This document shows positions 29,181 to 37,796 of a DNA stretch of 64,000 nucleotides, piece after piece; positions within the stretch are counted from its first letter, which is position 1; each line of letters starts with the position of its first letter. The stretch spans positions 1,728,001 to 1,792,000 of the forward strand of contig OZ245015.1 in assembly GCA_965223705.1 (NCBI GenBank), given 5' to 3'. The notes beneath the pieces are model-generated. The model searched no databases and was not told the origin of the DNA. It was given only the letters and a program-made list of their open reading frames with translations. The stretch comes from Myxococcota bacterium (GTDB lineage Bacteria; Myxococcota_A; UBA9160; UBA6930). The position numbers were made by a program, and so were the translations under genes.

Positions 29181-29266
29181 GATGCGATGCTACCAGAACG
29201 CGGCTCGGTCAATTTGAAGCGGGGAAGTGGGGTTGAGTTTCGAGGCGAGCGTGCGACGCTCGGCGC

Positions 29267-30328
29267 GTGGCCCAGCCGAGTGCACTCTCTTCCAAGCGGC
29301 ACACCGTGGCCGGTTGGCACGAAGTCCAGGAGCTCTTCCATGCCGAGGGCCTGAGTGACGGCCTGCCCGTCGTGCCCCCGACGCCGGACGCCGTTGCCGC
29401 TTGCCTCGAAGCGGTTCTCCTCCCGCCCGATCATTTGGTGGGCATCGAGCCGGTTCGCGCTCGCCCGGTGACGGCGGAGAAGCTCGCGATAAACGCCGTC
29501 ATGGCCGGCTGTTTGCCGGCGCACTTCGCGGTCGTGGTCGCCGCGATGACCGCCATGCTGCATGAGGGGTTCCTGTTGCACGGCGCGACGGCGAGCACCG
29601 GCGGGTGTGCGGTGCTCATCGTCGTGAACGGCCCCATCCGCCTCGAGCTCGGAATGGACGGCACGTTCAACGCGCTGGGCCCGACCGATCGCGCCAGCAT
29701 GTGCATCGGGCGCGCGATCCGCCTCGCGCTCTACAACGTTCTCGACGTACGCCCGGGCCAAATCGATCGCTCGACCCTCGGTCACCCGGGAAAGATCAGC
29801 TACTGCCTGGCAGAAGATGAGGACAACTCTCCTTGGCCGTCGCTTGCAGTCGATCGCGACATTCCGAACGACGTCTCGGCGGTGACGGTCATGGCCGCTG
29901 GCGCGCCGCGTCAGATCATGAACGAGTGGACGACCCGACCCGAGGAGATCCTCGATACGTACGTCTCCGAGATCCAGGCGAACATGCGGCATTATTCGAT
30001 CTGGTCGGGGAACTACGCATTGATCATGCCGCCCCAGCTACGGGCACACGTCTCCGCCGTGGGCTGGTCGAAAGCCGACGTGCGCCGCTACGTCTTCGAG
30101 AACGCACGCGTGTTTCGCCGAGAGTGGGCGGAGTGCGGGAAAGCAGCGGTCGTCGGCGATCGTGGAGATCGCGAGCACGCCGCACTATCCGAGGAGGGCG
30201 ACTTGCTGGTGATCGCCGCCGGCGGGCCGGCGGGGGGCTTCGGGGCGGTGATTCCTCCTTGGCTCGGAACGACCAGCCGGGCGCAAACGGTGGCGATCGG
30301 GGCGTGCGTCGATTGCGAGGTTCCGTGA
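29267..30328 (+). CDS. Uncharacterised Cys-rich partner of the UGSC-type selenoprotein
   Basis: SDGLPVVPPT, AINAVMAGC, VNGP, IGRAIRL and GHPGK motifs; C-terminal CVDC; its stop overlaps the next start (GTGA). Confidence 0.85.
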   Translation: MAQPSALSSKRHTVAGWHEVQELFHAEGLSDGLPVVPPTPDAVAACLEAVLLPPDHLVGIEPVRARPVTAEKLAINAVMAGCLPAHFAVVVAAMTAMLHEGFLLHGATASTGGCAVLIVVNGPIRLELGMDGTFNALGPTDRASMCIGRAIRLALYNVLDVRPGQIDRSTLGHPGKISYCLAEDEDNSPWPSLAVDRDIPNDVSAVTVMAAGAPRQIMNEWTTRPEEILDTYVSEIQANMRHYSIWSGNYALIMPPQLRAHVSAVGWSKADVRRYVFENARVFRREWAECGKAAVVGDRGDREHAALSEEGDLLVIAAGGPAGGFGAVIPPWLGTTSRAQTVAIGACVDCEVP

Positions 30329-30852
30329 CCATCGAAGTGCTGGATCCCACCTACGAGCACGGCGGCGCGCGCTTCGCCCTGGCGCCGCGCCTCCCGACGC
30401 TGGCCGGCACGACGATCGCGTTCGTTTCGAACGGCAAAAAGAACACGCAACCGTTCTTCGACGCACTCGAGCGCGAGCTGCGCGATCGCTACGGCGTCTC
30501 CCGCGTCGTTCGACGCACGAAGGCGAACTACAGCGCGCCCGCGGAGGCTGAAGTGCTAACTGACGCCGGCCAGTGGCACGCGCTGATCGCGGGCGTGGGC
30601 GATTGAGGCAGCTGCTCGTCGTGCAGTCTGCACGACGCGGTCACAGGGGAAGGCTTGGGCCTCCCCTCCGTGGGCATCATGACCGAATCGTTCGTCAGCG
30701 CTGCACAACTCATGGCGCGAGCGCTCGGCGCACCGGACTACCGATTCGCGGTGATCGATCATCCGCTGAGTAGTGCGGGCGCCGCCGAGATCGCCGAGCG
30801 CGCCGCGCACGCGGCGGCCGTTGGCGACGCCATATTGCGGGGCCTGCGTTAG
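30325..30852 (+). CDS. UGSC-family selenoprotein (Sec at codon 94, TGA 30604-30606)
   Basis: Reading through the TGA gives one continuous 175-aa protein, ...IAGVGD-U-GSCSSCSLHD...GLPSVGIMT..F...A...G.PD....IDHPL; a SECIS-like hairpin follows the TGA. Confidence 0.88.
30604..30640 (+). promoter_or_regulatory. Bacterial SECIS-like element
   Basis: UGA, an 11-nt spacer, then GUCGUGCA-GUC-UGCACGAC (30618-30636) with a G-containing apical loop; resembles the E. coli fdhF SECIS core UGCAGGUCUGCAC. Confidence 0.8.
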
Positions 30853-30887
30853 GGTTCCGGCTTGCAATTCAAACGGAGGCGGCCACC

Positions 30888-31496
30888 ATGCTCACCCTTC
30901 ACCACGCGCCGAACAGTCGAGCGGGGCGAATCGTTTGGCTTCTAGAAGAACTCGGCTTGCCCTACGAGCTGAACCGGATGGAGTTCCACCCGAGCGCGCT
31001 CAAGTCCGATGAGCACCGCGCGCGGCACCCACTCGGGCGCGTGCCCGTGCTGGAAGACGGGGACGTCACGATCTACGAGTCGGGTGCGATCGTCGAGTAC
31101 TTGGTGGCGCGGCACAGTGACGGTGCGCTCAAGCCCCCGGTTGACTCGCCGCTCTATCCCGAGTTTCTGCAGTGGTTCCACTACTGCGAGGGGATGGTGA
31201 TGCCCCCGATCAACACGATCGTCGTGCAGACCATTCTGCTCCCTCCCGAACGACGCAACGCGGAAGCTTTGGGGCAAGCCCAGCGGTTGCTCAGCAAGGC
31301 CATCGCGCCCGTCGACCACGCGCTCGAGGGGCGGGACTACGTGATCGGCGATTTCTCGGCCGCCGACATCATGTTGGGCCACGCGTGTTTCATGGCGAAC
31401 CGGTTGGGTTGTGTCGGAGACGAGATGAAAAACCTGAAGAGCTACATCGCTCGCCTCGAGAGCCGCCCCGCGTTCCAAAAAGGCATTGCTGCCTAG
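30888..31496 (+). CDS. Glutathione S-transferase family protein
   Basis: SRAGRIVWLLEELG, HPLGRVPVL, YESGAI and FSAADIML motifs; GGAGG RBS. Confidence 0.93.
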   Translation: MLTLHHAPNSRAGRIVWLLEELGLPYELNRMEFHPSALKSDEHRARHPLGRVPVLEDGDVTIYESGAIVEYLVARHSDGALKPPVDSPLYPEFLQWFHYCEGMVMPPINTIVVQTILLPPERRNAEALGQAQRLLSKAIAPVDHALEGRDYVIGDFSAADIMLGHACFMANRLGCVGDEMKNLKSYIARLESRPAFQKGIAA

Positions 31497-31500
31497 CGCA

Positions 31501-32535
31501 CTAGACCGCGTCGATGATCTCACCGAATTGCTCGATCACCTCGAGGCACTCCGCCTTTGAGGGGTAGTACCCTTCGGGAGCGCGGGGCGTTCGAATGTGC
31601 AGACAGATCCAATCGGGGTTCGCCGCTTCTCGGTAGCGTCCGAGGCGATCGATCCACTGCTCGCGCTGCCCCAAGCAGAGAAATGAGCTCTCCATCGAGC
31701 TTAGGAGCTCGTTGTCGAGCGCGGAGAGTTCCGTCACGTCACTCGCGAGACCGCGGGAACCGTAAAAGTTCACCTCGTTGATCCAACGGTAGGCGTGTCT
31801 TTCCCGCAGCTCGTCGGGCTCGCCGATCCATCCTTCGAGCGCCATCGCGACGGTCCAGTTCTTGCGGCCTCGCCGGTCCGCTTTCTCTCGCATTTCCGAC
31901 ACCAACGGCGCGTATTCCTCGGGCTTCGGCGTGAACCACGTCACCCAACCGTCCCAATCGAGCGCGCGCTCCAGAGGTTTGGGATCGAAGGCACCGATCC
32001 ACACCGGCGGGCGCGGGCGCTGAAACGGTTTCGGCGTCATGCGGACTCGGTCGTATTCAAAGAACTCTCCCTTGAAGGAGAACTCCTCTTGTGTCCAGCA
32101 ACCTTCGATGACCTCCATCGCTTCTTCGAAGCGGCGACCGCGTTTTTCAAAGGGCACGCCGAAATGACGGAAATAGTCCGCGTGGTAGCCCACGCCCGCG
32201 CCAAACGTGAGGCGTCCGCGGGATAAGTTGTCCACCGCGGCCAACTGCTCAGCGAGATGCACGGGATGGTGGAAGGTCGGCATCATGACGGTCGGAGCGA
32301 TCTGAACCCGCGACGTTCGAGCGGCAAGCGCTATCAGGTAGGAAATCGCGCTCGGCCAGTAGGTCTCGCTCCGAGAATGGCGTTCGGGGATCCAGATGCC
32401 GTCGAATCCGACGCGCTCCGCCAACTCGGCTTCTTCCAGGCACTGATCCATCGCGTCGGCGACGTCTTCGGGATCGGGCGTTCCGGGCTGGTTGTAGATT
32501 CCGAAATGCGTATCGGGCATGTAAGCGAACTTCAT
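31501..32535 (-). CDS. LLM-class flavin-dependent oxidoreductase
   Basis: GIWIPERH, HPVHLAEQLAAVDNLSRGRLTFGAGVGY and PKPFQRPRPPVWIG motifs. Confidence 0.92.
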   Translation of the reverse strand: MKFAYMPDTHFGIYNQPGTPDPEDVADAMDQCLEEAELAERVGFDGIWIPERHSRSETYWPSAISYLIALAARTSRVQIAPTVMMPTFHHPVHLAEQLAAVDNLSRGRLTFGAGVGYHADYFRHFGVPFEKRGRRFEEAMEVIEGCWTQEEFSFKGEFFEYDRVRMTPKPFQRPRPPVWIGAFDPKPLERALDWDGWVTWFTPKPEEYAPLVSEMREKADRRGRKNWTVAMALEGWIGEPDELRERHAYRWINEVNFYGSRGLASDVTELSALDNELLSSMESSFLCLGQREQWIDRLGRYREAANPDWICLHIRTPRAPEGYYPSKAECLEVIEQFGEIIDAV

Positions 32536-32729
32536 CGCGACGTCTCCCCTAGAGCTTCTTGCCAAAGAGCGCGATTTCGACGAGTGCAGTGTCGGCATAC
32601 TCCCCCGTGCCCTGGATGAGTCCGTCGACTTGCCGGTTGCTGATCTCGGACATTTCAATTTCCTCCAGGGCCAGAGTGTAAGGCGAAAGGCGCTTTTACC
32701 GTCCCTTTACAAACCGATGACCCGCGCGG

Positions 32730-33683
32730 GTGTCTCTCCCGGGGATGACCGACCCGCGCAACTATCAAATCGCCGTTCTCGGATCGCTGCTGGCCTACGG
32801 CGTGTTCGGGCTCTCCTTCGATATCGCGCTCTGGACTTTGCCCGTCGTCCTCGGCGCGGCATGGGCGACCGAAGCCACGGGAGCGGCGATCACGGGGCGC
32901 CGCTTCGATCCACGAAGTCCGTGTATCTCTTCGCTTTCGCTGTGTCTCCTCCTGCGGGCGGAGAGCGCCTGGATCTACGCGGGCATCGCCGCGGTCACCA
33001 TCGGGAGCAAGTACGTCCTACGCGTGCGGGGCAAGCACGTCTTCAACCCGACGAACTTCGGACTCGTCGCGGCCCTCATGATGAGCGACCGCGCCTGGGT
33101 GTCCGCCGGCCAGTGGGGGAGCGCAGCGTGGTTCGCGCTCCTTCTCGCGTGTGCCGGCCAGTGCGTGGTACAGCGGGCCGAGCGCTCCGATGTCACCTGG
33201 GCGTTCCTCGTCTTCTTCACCGCCTTGACCTTTGGCCGGGCGGCTTGGTTGGGCGATCCCTTCACGATCCCGTGGCACGCGCTTCAGAGCGGAGCGCTCC
33301 TCATCTTCGCGTTCTTCATGATTTCCGATCCCCGCACGACGCCGTCGACGCGTGTCGGACGGATCGTCTTCGCCGGCCTCGTCGCCTGCGGAGGGTTCGC
33401 CGTCCAGTACGGCTTGTACCGACCCAACGGCTTACTCGGCGCGCTGGCGGTGGCCGCATTGTGCGTCCCCGCGATCGACCGGTGCCTCCCGGGTCACGAA
33501 TTCACGTGGCGCAGAAACAAGGAGAATCCTCATGTGGAAACAATTGAAAGTCATCGTTTTGGCAGCGGTTTTTGCACTAGTGGCGCCCTCGGCAGACGCC
33601 TTCGCGTTCTGCGGCTTCTACGTGGCCAAGGCGGACACCAAGATCTTCAACGAAGCCTCGCAGGTCGTGTTGGTTCGGGATGA
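32730..33683 (+). CDS. RnfD/NqrB-like membrane protein (stand-alone)
   Basis: DPRNYQI, SKYVLRVRGKHVFNPTNFG and FFMISDPRTTP motifs; multi-TM. Confidence 0.8.
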   Translation: MSLPGMTDPRNYQIAVLGSLLAYGVFGLSFDIALWTLPVVLGAAWATEATGAAITGRRFDPRSPCISSLSLCLLLRAESAWIYAGIAAVTIGSKYVLRVRGKHVFNPTNFGLVAALMMSDRAWVSAGQWGSAAWFALLLACAGQCVVQRAERSDVTWAFLVFFTALTFGRAAWLGDPFTIPWHALQSGALLIFAFFMISDPRTTPSTRVGRIVFAGLVACGGFAVQYGLYRPNGLLGALAVAALCVPAIDRCLPGHEFTWRRNKENPHVETIESHRFGSGFCTSGALGRRLRVLRLLRGQGGHQDLQRSLAGRVGSG

Positions 33684-34899
33684 GAACCGAACCGTCGTCA
33701 CCATGGTGAACGATTTCAGCGGATCGCCGGAAGCGTTCGCGATGGTCGTGCCGGTGCCGACCGTTCTCGAGGAAGGGCAGATTCACGTCGGGGACAAGAG
33801 CGTCGTCGATCACCTGGATGCCTATACAGCGCCTCGTCTCGTCGAATACTACGACGACGATCCTTGCGCGCCGAAACGCTGGGCACTGGAAGCGTTGCAG
33901 AGCAAGAGCCCACTTCCCGCAGCCACGGCGGATCTCGGACGGAACCGGGCGCTCGGCGTTACGGTGGAGGCGTCCTACACGGTCGGGGAATACGACATCC
34001 AGTTGTTGTCGGCGAAAGAGAGCCGTGGGCTCGAGACGTGGCTTATCGAGAACGGCTACCGATTGCCGCCCGGCGCATCGCGCGTGCTCGGTAGCTACCT
34101 CCGACAGGGTATGCACTTCTTCGTCGCGAAGGTGAACCTCGGGGAGCAGGCCAAGCTCGGGTCGCAGCGTCTCCGACCGATCCAGATCGCTTACGAGTCT
34201 CCGAAGTTCATGCTCCCGATTCGTCTGGGGACGCTCAACGCGAAAGGACAGCAGGAACTCTTCGTCTACGCCCTGACGCGAACTGGACGAGTCGAGACCA
34301 CGAATTACCGCACGGTTCGGCTTCCGAGCGACGTCGACGTCCCGATCCACGTCAAAGACCGGTTTGCCGATTTCTACCGGGCCATGTTCGCCGAGCAGAC
34401 GAGGCGAGAGAGCGGTCGCGCCGTATTTCTCGAGTACGCCTGGGACATGAACTGGTGCGACCCCTGCGCGTCCGATCCGCTCAGCCGCGACGAGCTCCGC
34501 CAGCTCGGCGTGTTCTGGCTCGGCGACGAAGGGCGCGCGAATCGGATCGCTCCGGGCGGTGCTGAAAACGTCTTCGTGACGCGCCTGCACGTCCGCTACG
34601 ACGCCGAGTACTTTCCGGAAGATCTCGTATTTCAAGAGACAGGCGACCGCAGCAATTTTCAGGGGCGCTACGTCATGCGCCACGCATTCACCGGGAAGCT
34701 CGACTGCGCAGCGGCGGACGACTACATCCGAGCCGTCAACACGCGGCGTGACCGTGAAGCCACGACGCTGGCGACCCTCACCGGTTGGGACGTCGCCGCG
34801 ATTCGGGACGAGGTACGCCGCATGTTCCCGGCGATGTTGCCTGTCGAGGCCGTCTCCGACCGGAGCTGGTGGGAACGTCTGTGGGGCGCAAAGCCGTGA
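33532..34899 (+). CDS. DUF2330-like exported protein
   Basis: AAGGAG RBS; signal peptide followed by FCGFYV; FAMVVPVP, PRLVEY, GEYDIQLLS, MLPIRLG, CDPC, TRLH and NFQGRY motifs. Confidence 0.85.
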   Translation: MWKQLKVIVLAAVFALVAPSADAFAFCGFYVAKADTKIFNEASQVVLVRDENRTVVTMVNDFSGSPEAFAMVVPVPTVLEEGQIHVGDKSVVDHLDAYTAPRLVEYYDDDPCAPKRWALEALQSKSPLPAATADLGRNRALGVTVEASYTVGEYDIQLLSAKESRGLETWLIENGYRLPPGASRVLGSYLRQGMHFFVAKVNLGEQAKLGSQRLRPIQIAYESPKFMLPIRLGTLNAKGQQELFVYALTRTGRVETTNYRTVRLPSDVDVPIHVKDRFADFYRAMFAEQTRRESGRAVFLEYAWDMNWCDPCASDPLSRDELRQLGVFWLGDEGRANRIAPGGAENVFVTRLHVRYDAEYFPEDLVFQETGDRSNFQGRYVMRHAFTGKLDCAAADDYIRAVNTRRDREATTLATLTGWDVAAIRDEVRRMFPAMLPVEAVSDRSWWERLWGAKP

Positions 34900-34912
34900 T
34901 CGCACTCGGTGT

Positions 34913-36343
34913 TCAGCGGCGGCTTGCTGTGAGCTTGAACCCGGCGAGCACGAGGAGGTTCGCGACGAGACCGAGCGTACCGGCGTGCACCCCGTAGACC
35001 ACCGGAGCACCGAAGGCGGCAAGGCCGATGCCGACGGCGGTCCCGACACAAAGTCCCATCAGCAACGCTCGCGCCGGCACCGCGAAGCCCCGGGAGGCGA
35101 CGACGAGTGCCGGCGCGCACTGGACGAGGAGCTCCATCTTGAGCTCGAGCAGTCGCCAAAGCGTCAGTCGCGGCTGCAACGCGATCAGCGTGACGACGGC
35201 CATCACACCGAGGGCGACCCATTTTCCTCGGCGTGTTGTGCGCGGATCGTCGGGCGGCGCGTCCGCGACGTCGCGAACGGCGACGGAGGACAACGACAAC
35301 AAGATCGAATCCGCCGTCGACATGATCGCGGCCAGCGCTGCGACGAAGACCCAGGTTGCCAAGTAGGGAGATCCGTCGCCGTGCTCGGCCCAACTCTCGA
35401 GAAGCCGAGGAAGCACCTGATCGGCCTCGAGCTGACCCAACTCGCGCAAGTAAGGAATTGCCGCTACGCCGATCAAGGAGATCGTCCCCGTCATGAAGAG
35501 CGACAAGAAGCCCATCCATCCGAGGGCGCGCTTGTACGTTGTCGCGCTTTTCGCGGCAAAGATCCGCTGAATCGCGTGGGGGTAGGACATCGCTCCGAGA
35601 CTGACGAGCACGACGATGCTGATGGCGTTGATCGTCGTCTCGAGGGGTGGTGTCGCGACCGCTTCGGGGCGAACCACAGCGATCCGATCCGAGAGACCGG
35701 CGAGACCGCCCGAGGCGTTCAGGAACCAAGCGAGAAGGAGCGCGATACCGCCGAACAAGAGCGCCCCTTGGAGTGCATCGCTCCAGGCGACCGCCCGCAT
35801 TCCGCCGACGTTCTCATAGCCCGCGATCACCACCGCGAAGAGAAGCACGCCTGCCGCATACGGTAAGGCGCCGCCGGTAACGGCCTCGGTGACGTGGCCC
35901 AGCGCGACGAGTTGAGCGAGGAGAAAATTCGCGAGAGCGGCTGTCATGAGGAGGCCCACGCAACGTCGCAGCGACTCGCCTTCATTGCCGTAGCGAAAGC
36001 GGAAGAGATCGCCCGGGGTGACGAATCGATGCCGAACCGCCAGGGGACGGAGTCGCGGCGCGATCAGATGGAACGCGACGAAAACCATCAAGACCAGGCC
36101 CGCCGAGAGGAGAAACGGAAAACCCCTTCGATAAGCGGCACCTGGAAAACCCATGATGAGGTTGCCGCTGTGCGCGGTGGCGTAGATCGTCATCAGCAGG
36201 ACGACGAAGCCCAAGTTTCGCCCGGCCAACACGTGGTCGGCGGGCAGGGGGTCGCGGCGCGCGCGGCGAGCGAAGACCGCGACGACGGCGAGAACGAGCA
36301 GGTAGATCCCGATCGCCGCGAAACCCAGGGCGCCGAAGCTCAC
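34913..36343 (-). CDS. Sodium:solute symporter family protein
   Basis: LAGRNLG, GGMRAVAWSDALQG, PHAIQRIFAA and AAIMSTADS motifs; ~13 TM. Confidence 0.92.
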   Translation of the reverse strand: MSFGALGFAAIGIYLLVLAVVAVFARRARRDPLPADHVLAGRNLGFVVLLMTIYATAHSGNLIMGFPGAAYRRGFPFLLSAGLVLMVFVAFHLIAPRLRPLAVRHRFVTPGDLFRFRYGNEGESLRRCVGLLMTAALANFLLAQLVALGHVTEAVTGGALPYAAGVLLFAVVIAGYENVGGMRAVAWSDALQGALLFGGIALLLAWFLNASGGLAGLSDRIAVVRPEAVATPPLETTINAISIVVLVSLGAMSYPHAIQRIFAAKSATTYKRALGWMGFLSLFMTGTISLIGVAAIPYLRELGQLEADQVLPRLLESWAEHGDGSPYLATWVFVAALAAIMSTADSILLSLSSVAVRDVADAPPDDPRTTRRGKWVALGVMAVVTLIALQPRLTLWRLLELKMELLVQCAPALVVASRGFAVPARALLMGLCVGTAVGIGLAAFGAPVVYGVHAGTLGLVANLLVLAGFKLTASRR

Positions 36344-36561
36344 GGCGGCTCCTCGCTGTCATCGTCCCAATCGGATCTCCACCAGGCCGCTGCGTTCAAG
36401 CAGGCGATGGCAAAGAAACACACGATCGCGACGACGATCCAGTCGGGAAGCCCCCACCACACTCGAGGAGGCGCCGCCGGGTCGCGGTACCAGGGCAAAC
36501 CGATGGCGACGAATACGGCCATTCCGAGAAACAGCCACCGATTGCGTCGGTCCGACGCCAC
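36340..36561 (-). CDS. Small two-TM symporter accessory protein (DUF3311/DUF997-like)
   Basis: LPWY....P..WGLPDW; overlaps the SSS start. Confidence 0.8.
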   Translation of the reverse strand: MASDRRNRWLFLGMAVFVAIGLPWYRDPAAPPRVWWGLPDWIVVAIVCFFAIACLNAAAWWRSDWDDDSEEPP

Positions 36562-36569
36562 GGGCTGGC

Positions 36570-37796
36570 CTAGAGATACCGGGCGAGAAACGGTTCCGGA
36601 TCGATCGCGCCGGTCTCGGTCAACAAGACCTCAGGGCGCTGGTGCCGCAGGGCGATCGCCCTGCGCGCTTCGTTCGGCGGCGGCGGTCCGCAGTAGGCGC
36701 CGAGATCCCGGCCCCAATCGACGGTCGCCTGCCCGTAGGCCAGGCGGTCGCGTTCCCAGTGCCCGAGATCGTTCGAACCCAGCACGGTCGCGAGCGACAC
36801 CGCGTCTTCCGCAGCTTTTGAGACGCCCAAACCCACGTGGGGGCGGGCGGTGAACGCGGCGTCGCCGATCACGATGACACGGTCGAACACCAGGCGATCC
36901 GAAGCGACTTCGTAGACGCCCTGCAGAAACGGGCGCTCGGTGACCCCGATGATGGACTGAATCTGCGGGGCCAGCTGTTCCTTCGCTTGGCTTCGCAGGT
37001 GATCGACCCAGACGGCGCGTACCCGATCGTGGGGAATGCCATTTGGATGAAACACGCCGTCGTCGTCGGTCAGGTAGTCGTTGAAAAGCGATTCTGGGGC
37101 GGTTCGATACCAGCCCCAGTTATAGCGACGCGAACCGACTTCTGTTTCGTCGTCGCGTCCGGCGACGACATAGCCGAGCCAATGCCCCCCGGGCGCCATT
37201 TGGAGGGTCAGCTGGGGAGCGAATTGAGCGAGGACTTCGGGGTCGACCAGGGTTTCGGAAAAGAGTCCGCGCCAGATGAAATAGCCGCAGTAGTCGAGGG
37301 TCGTCTCGGGTGCCACCAGCGAGCGAACCGTCGAGCGCGCACCGTCCGCCGCAATCAGCCAGTCCACCTCGACGTGCGCTCCGCCTGCGAAGTGCGCGAC
37401 GACAGCGTCGCCTCGTGGTTCCACCCCGACCACCGCACGGTCCTCGTGGTAACACGCGTCCGGAACCCGGTCGCGCAAGAATCGGTAGATGAGGCCCCAC
37501 GAGGTCATGATCTGGGGTGCGTCGACGCTCGCGATCTTCTCCCCCGAGATATCGAGCATCAGGCGTCCTTGCGACGGAACCCCCATCGCGTCGCGGAGCT
37601 CGAGCCCCGCGTAGCGCATCGAGTCGTAGAGCGGCTCGTGCGTGGCGATACCGGCCCCGCGGTTGGCCAGTACGTCGCCGGCGCGCTCGTAGATCTCGAC
37701 TTCCCAGCCTTGTTGTCGCAGCGCCAAAGCGGCAAAGAGACCCGCCATCGAGCCACCGACGATGGCGACGCGTCCCTGGGTGCCCGGCTCGGTCAC
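36570..37796 (-). CDS. FAD-dependent monooxygenase (2,6-dihydroxypyridine hydroxylase-like)
   Basis: IVGGSMAG, RGAGI, ADGARS, YNWGWY and IGDAAFTARPHVG motifs. Confidence 0.88.
   Translation of the reverse strand: MTEPGTQGRVAIVGGSMAGLFAALALRQQGWEVEIYERAGDVLANRGAGIATHEPLYDSMRYAGLELRDAMGVPSQGRLMLDISGEKIASVDAPQIMTSWGLIYRFLRDRVPDACYHEDRAVVGVEPRGDAVVAHFAGGAHVEVDWLIAADGARSTVRSLVAPETTLDYCGYFIWRGLFSETLVDPEVLAQFAPQLTLQMAPGGHWLGYVVAGRDDETEVGSRRYNWGWYRTAPESLFNDYLTDDDGVFHPNGIPHDRVRAVWVDHLRSQAKEQLAPQIQSIIGVTERPFLQGVYEVASDRLVFDRVIVIGDAAFTARPHVGLGVSKAAEDAVSLATVLGSNDLGHWERDRLAYGQATVDWGRDLGAYCGPPPPNEARRAIALRHQRPEVLLTETGAIDPEPFLARYL

Noticed and set aside
29833..30852. ORF-track entries 29833-30606 and 30655-30852 as two genes or a pseudogene
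   Set aside because: Better explained as one UGA-recoded selenoprotein starting at 30325 (UGSC motif plus SECIS-like hairpin).
32730..33683. An Rnf/Nqr respiratory complex
   Set aside because: Only one D/B-like subunit is present; no other subunits are nearby.
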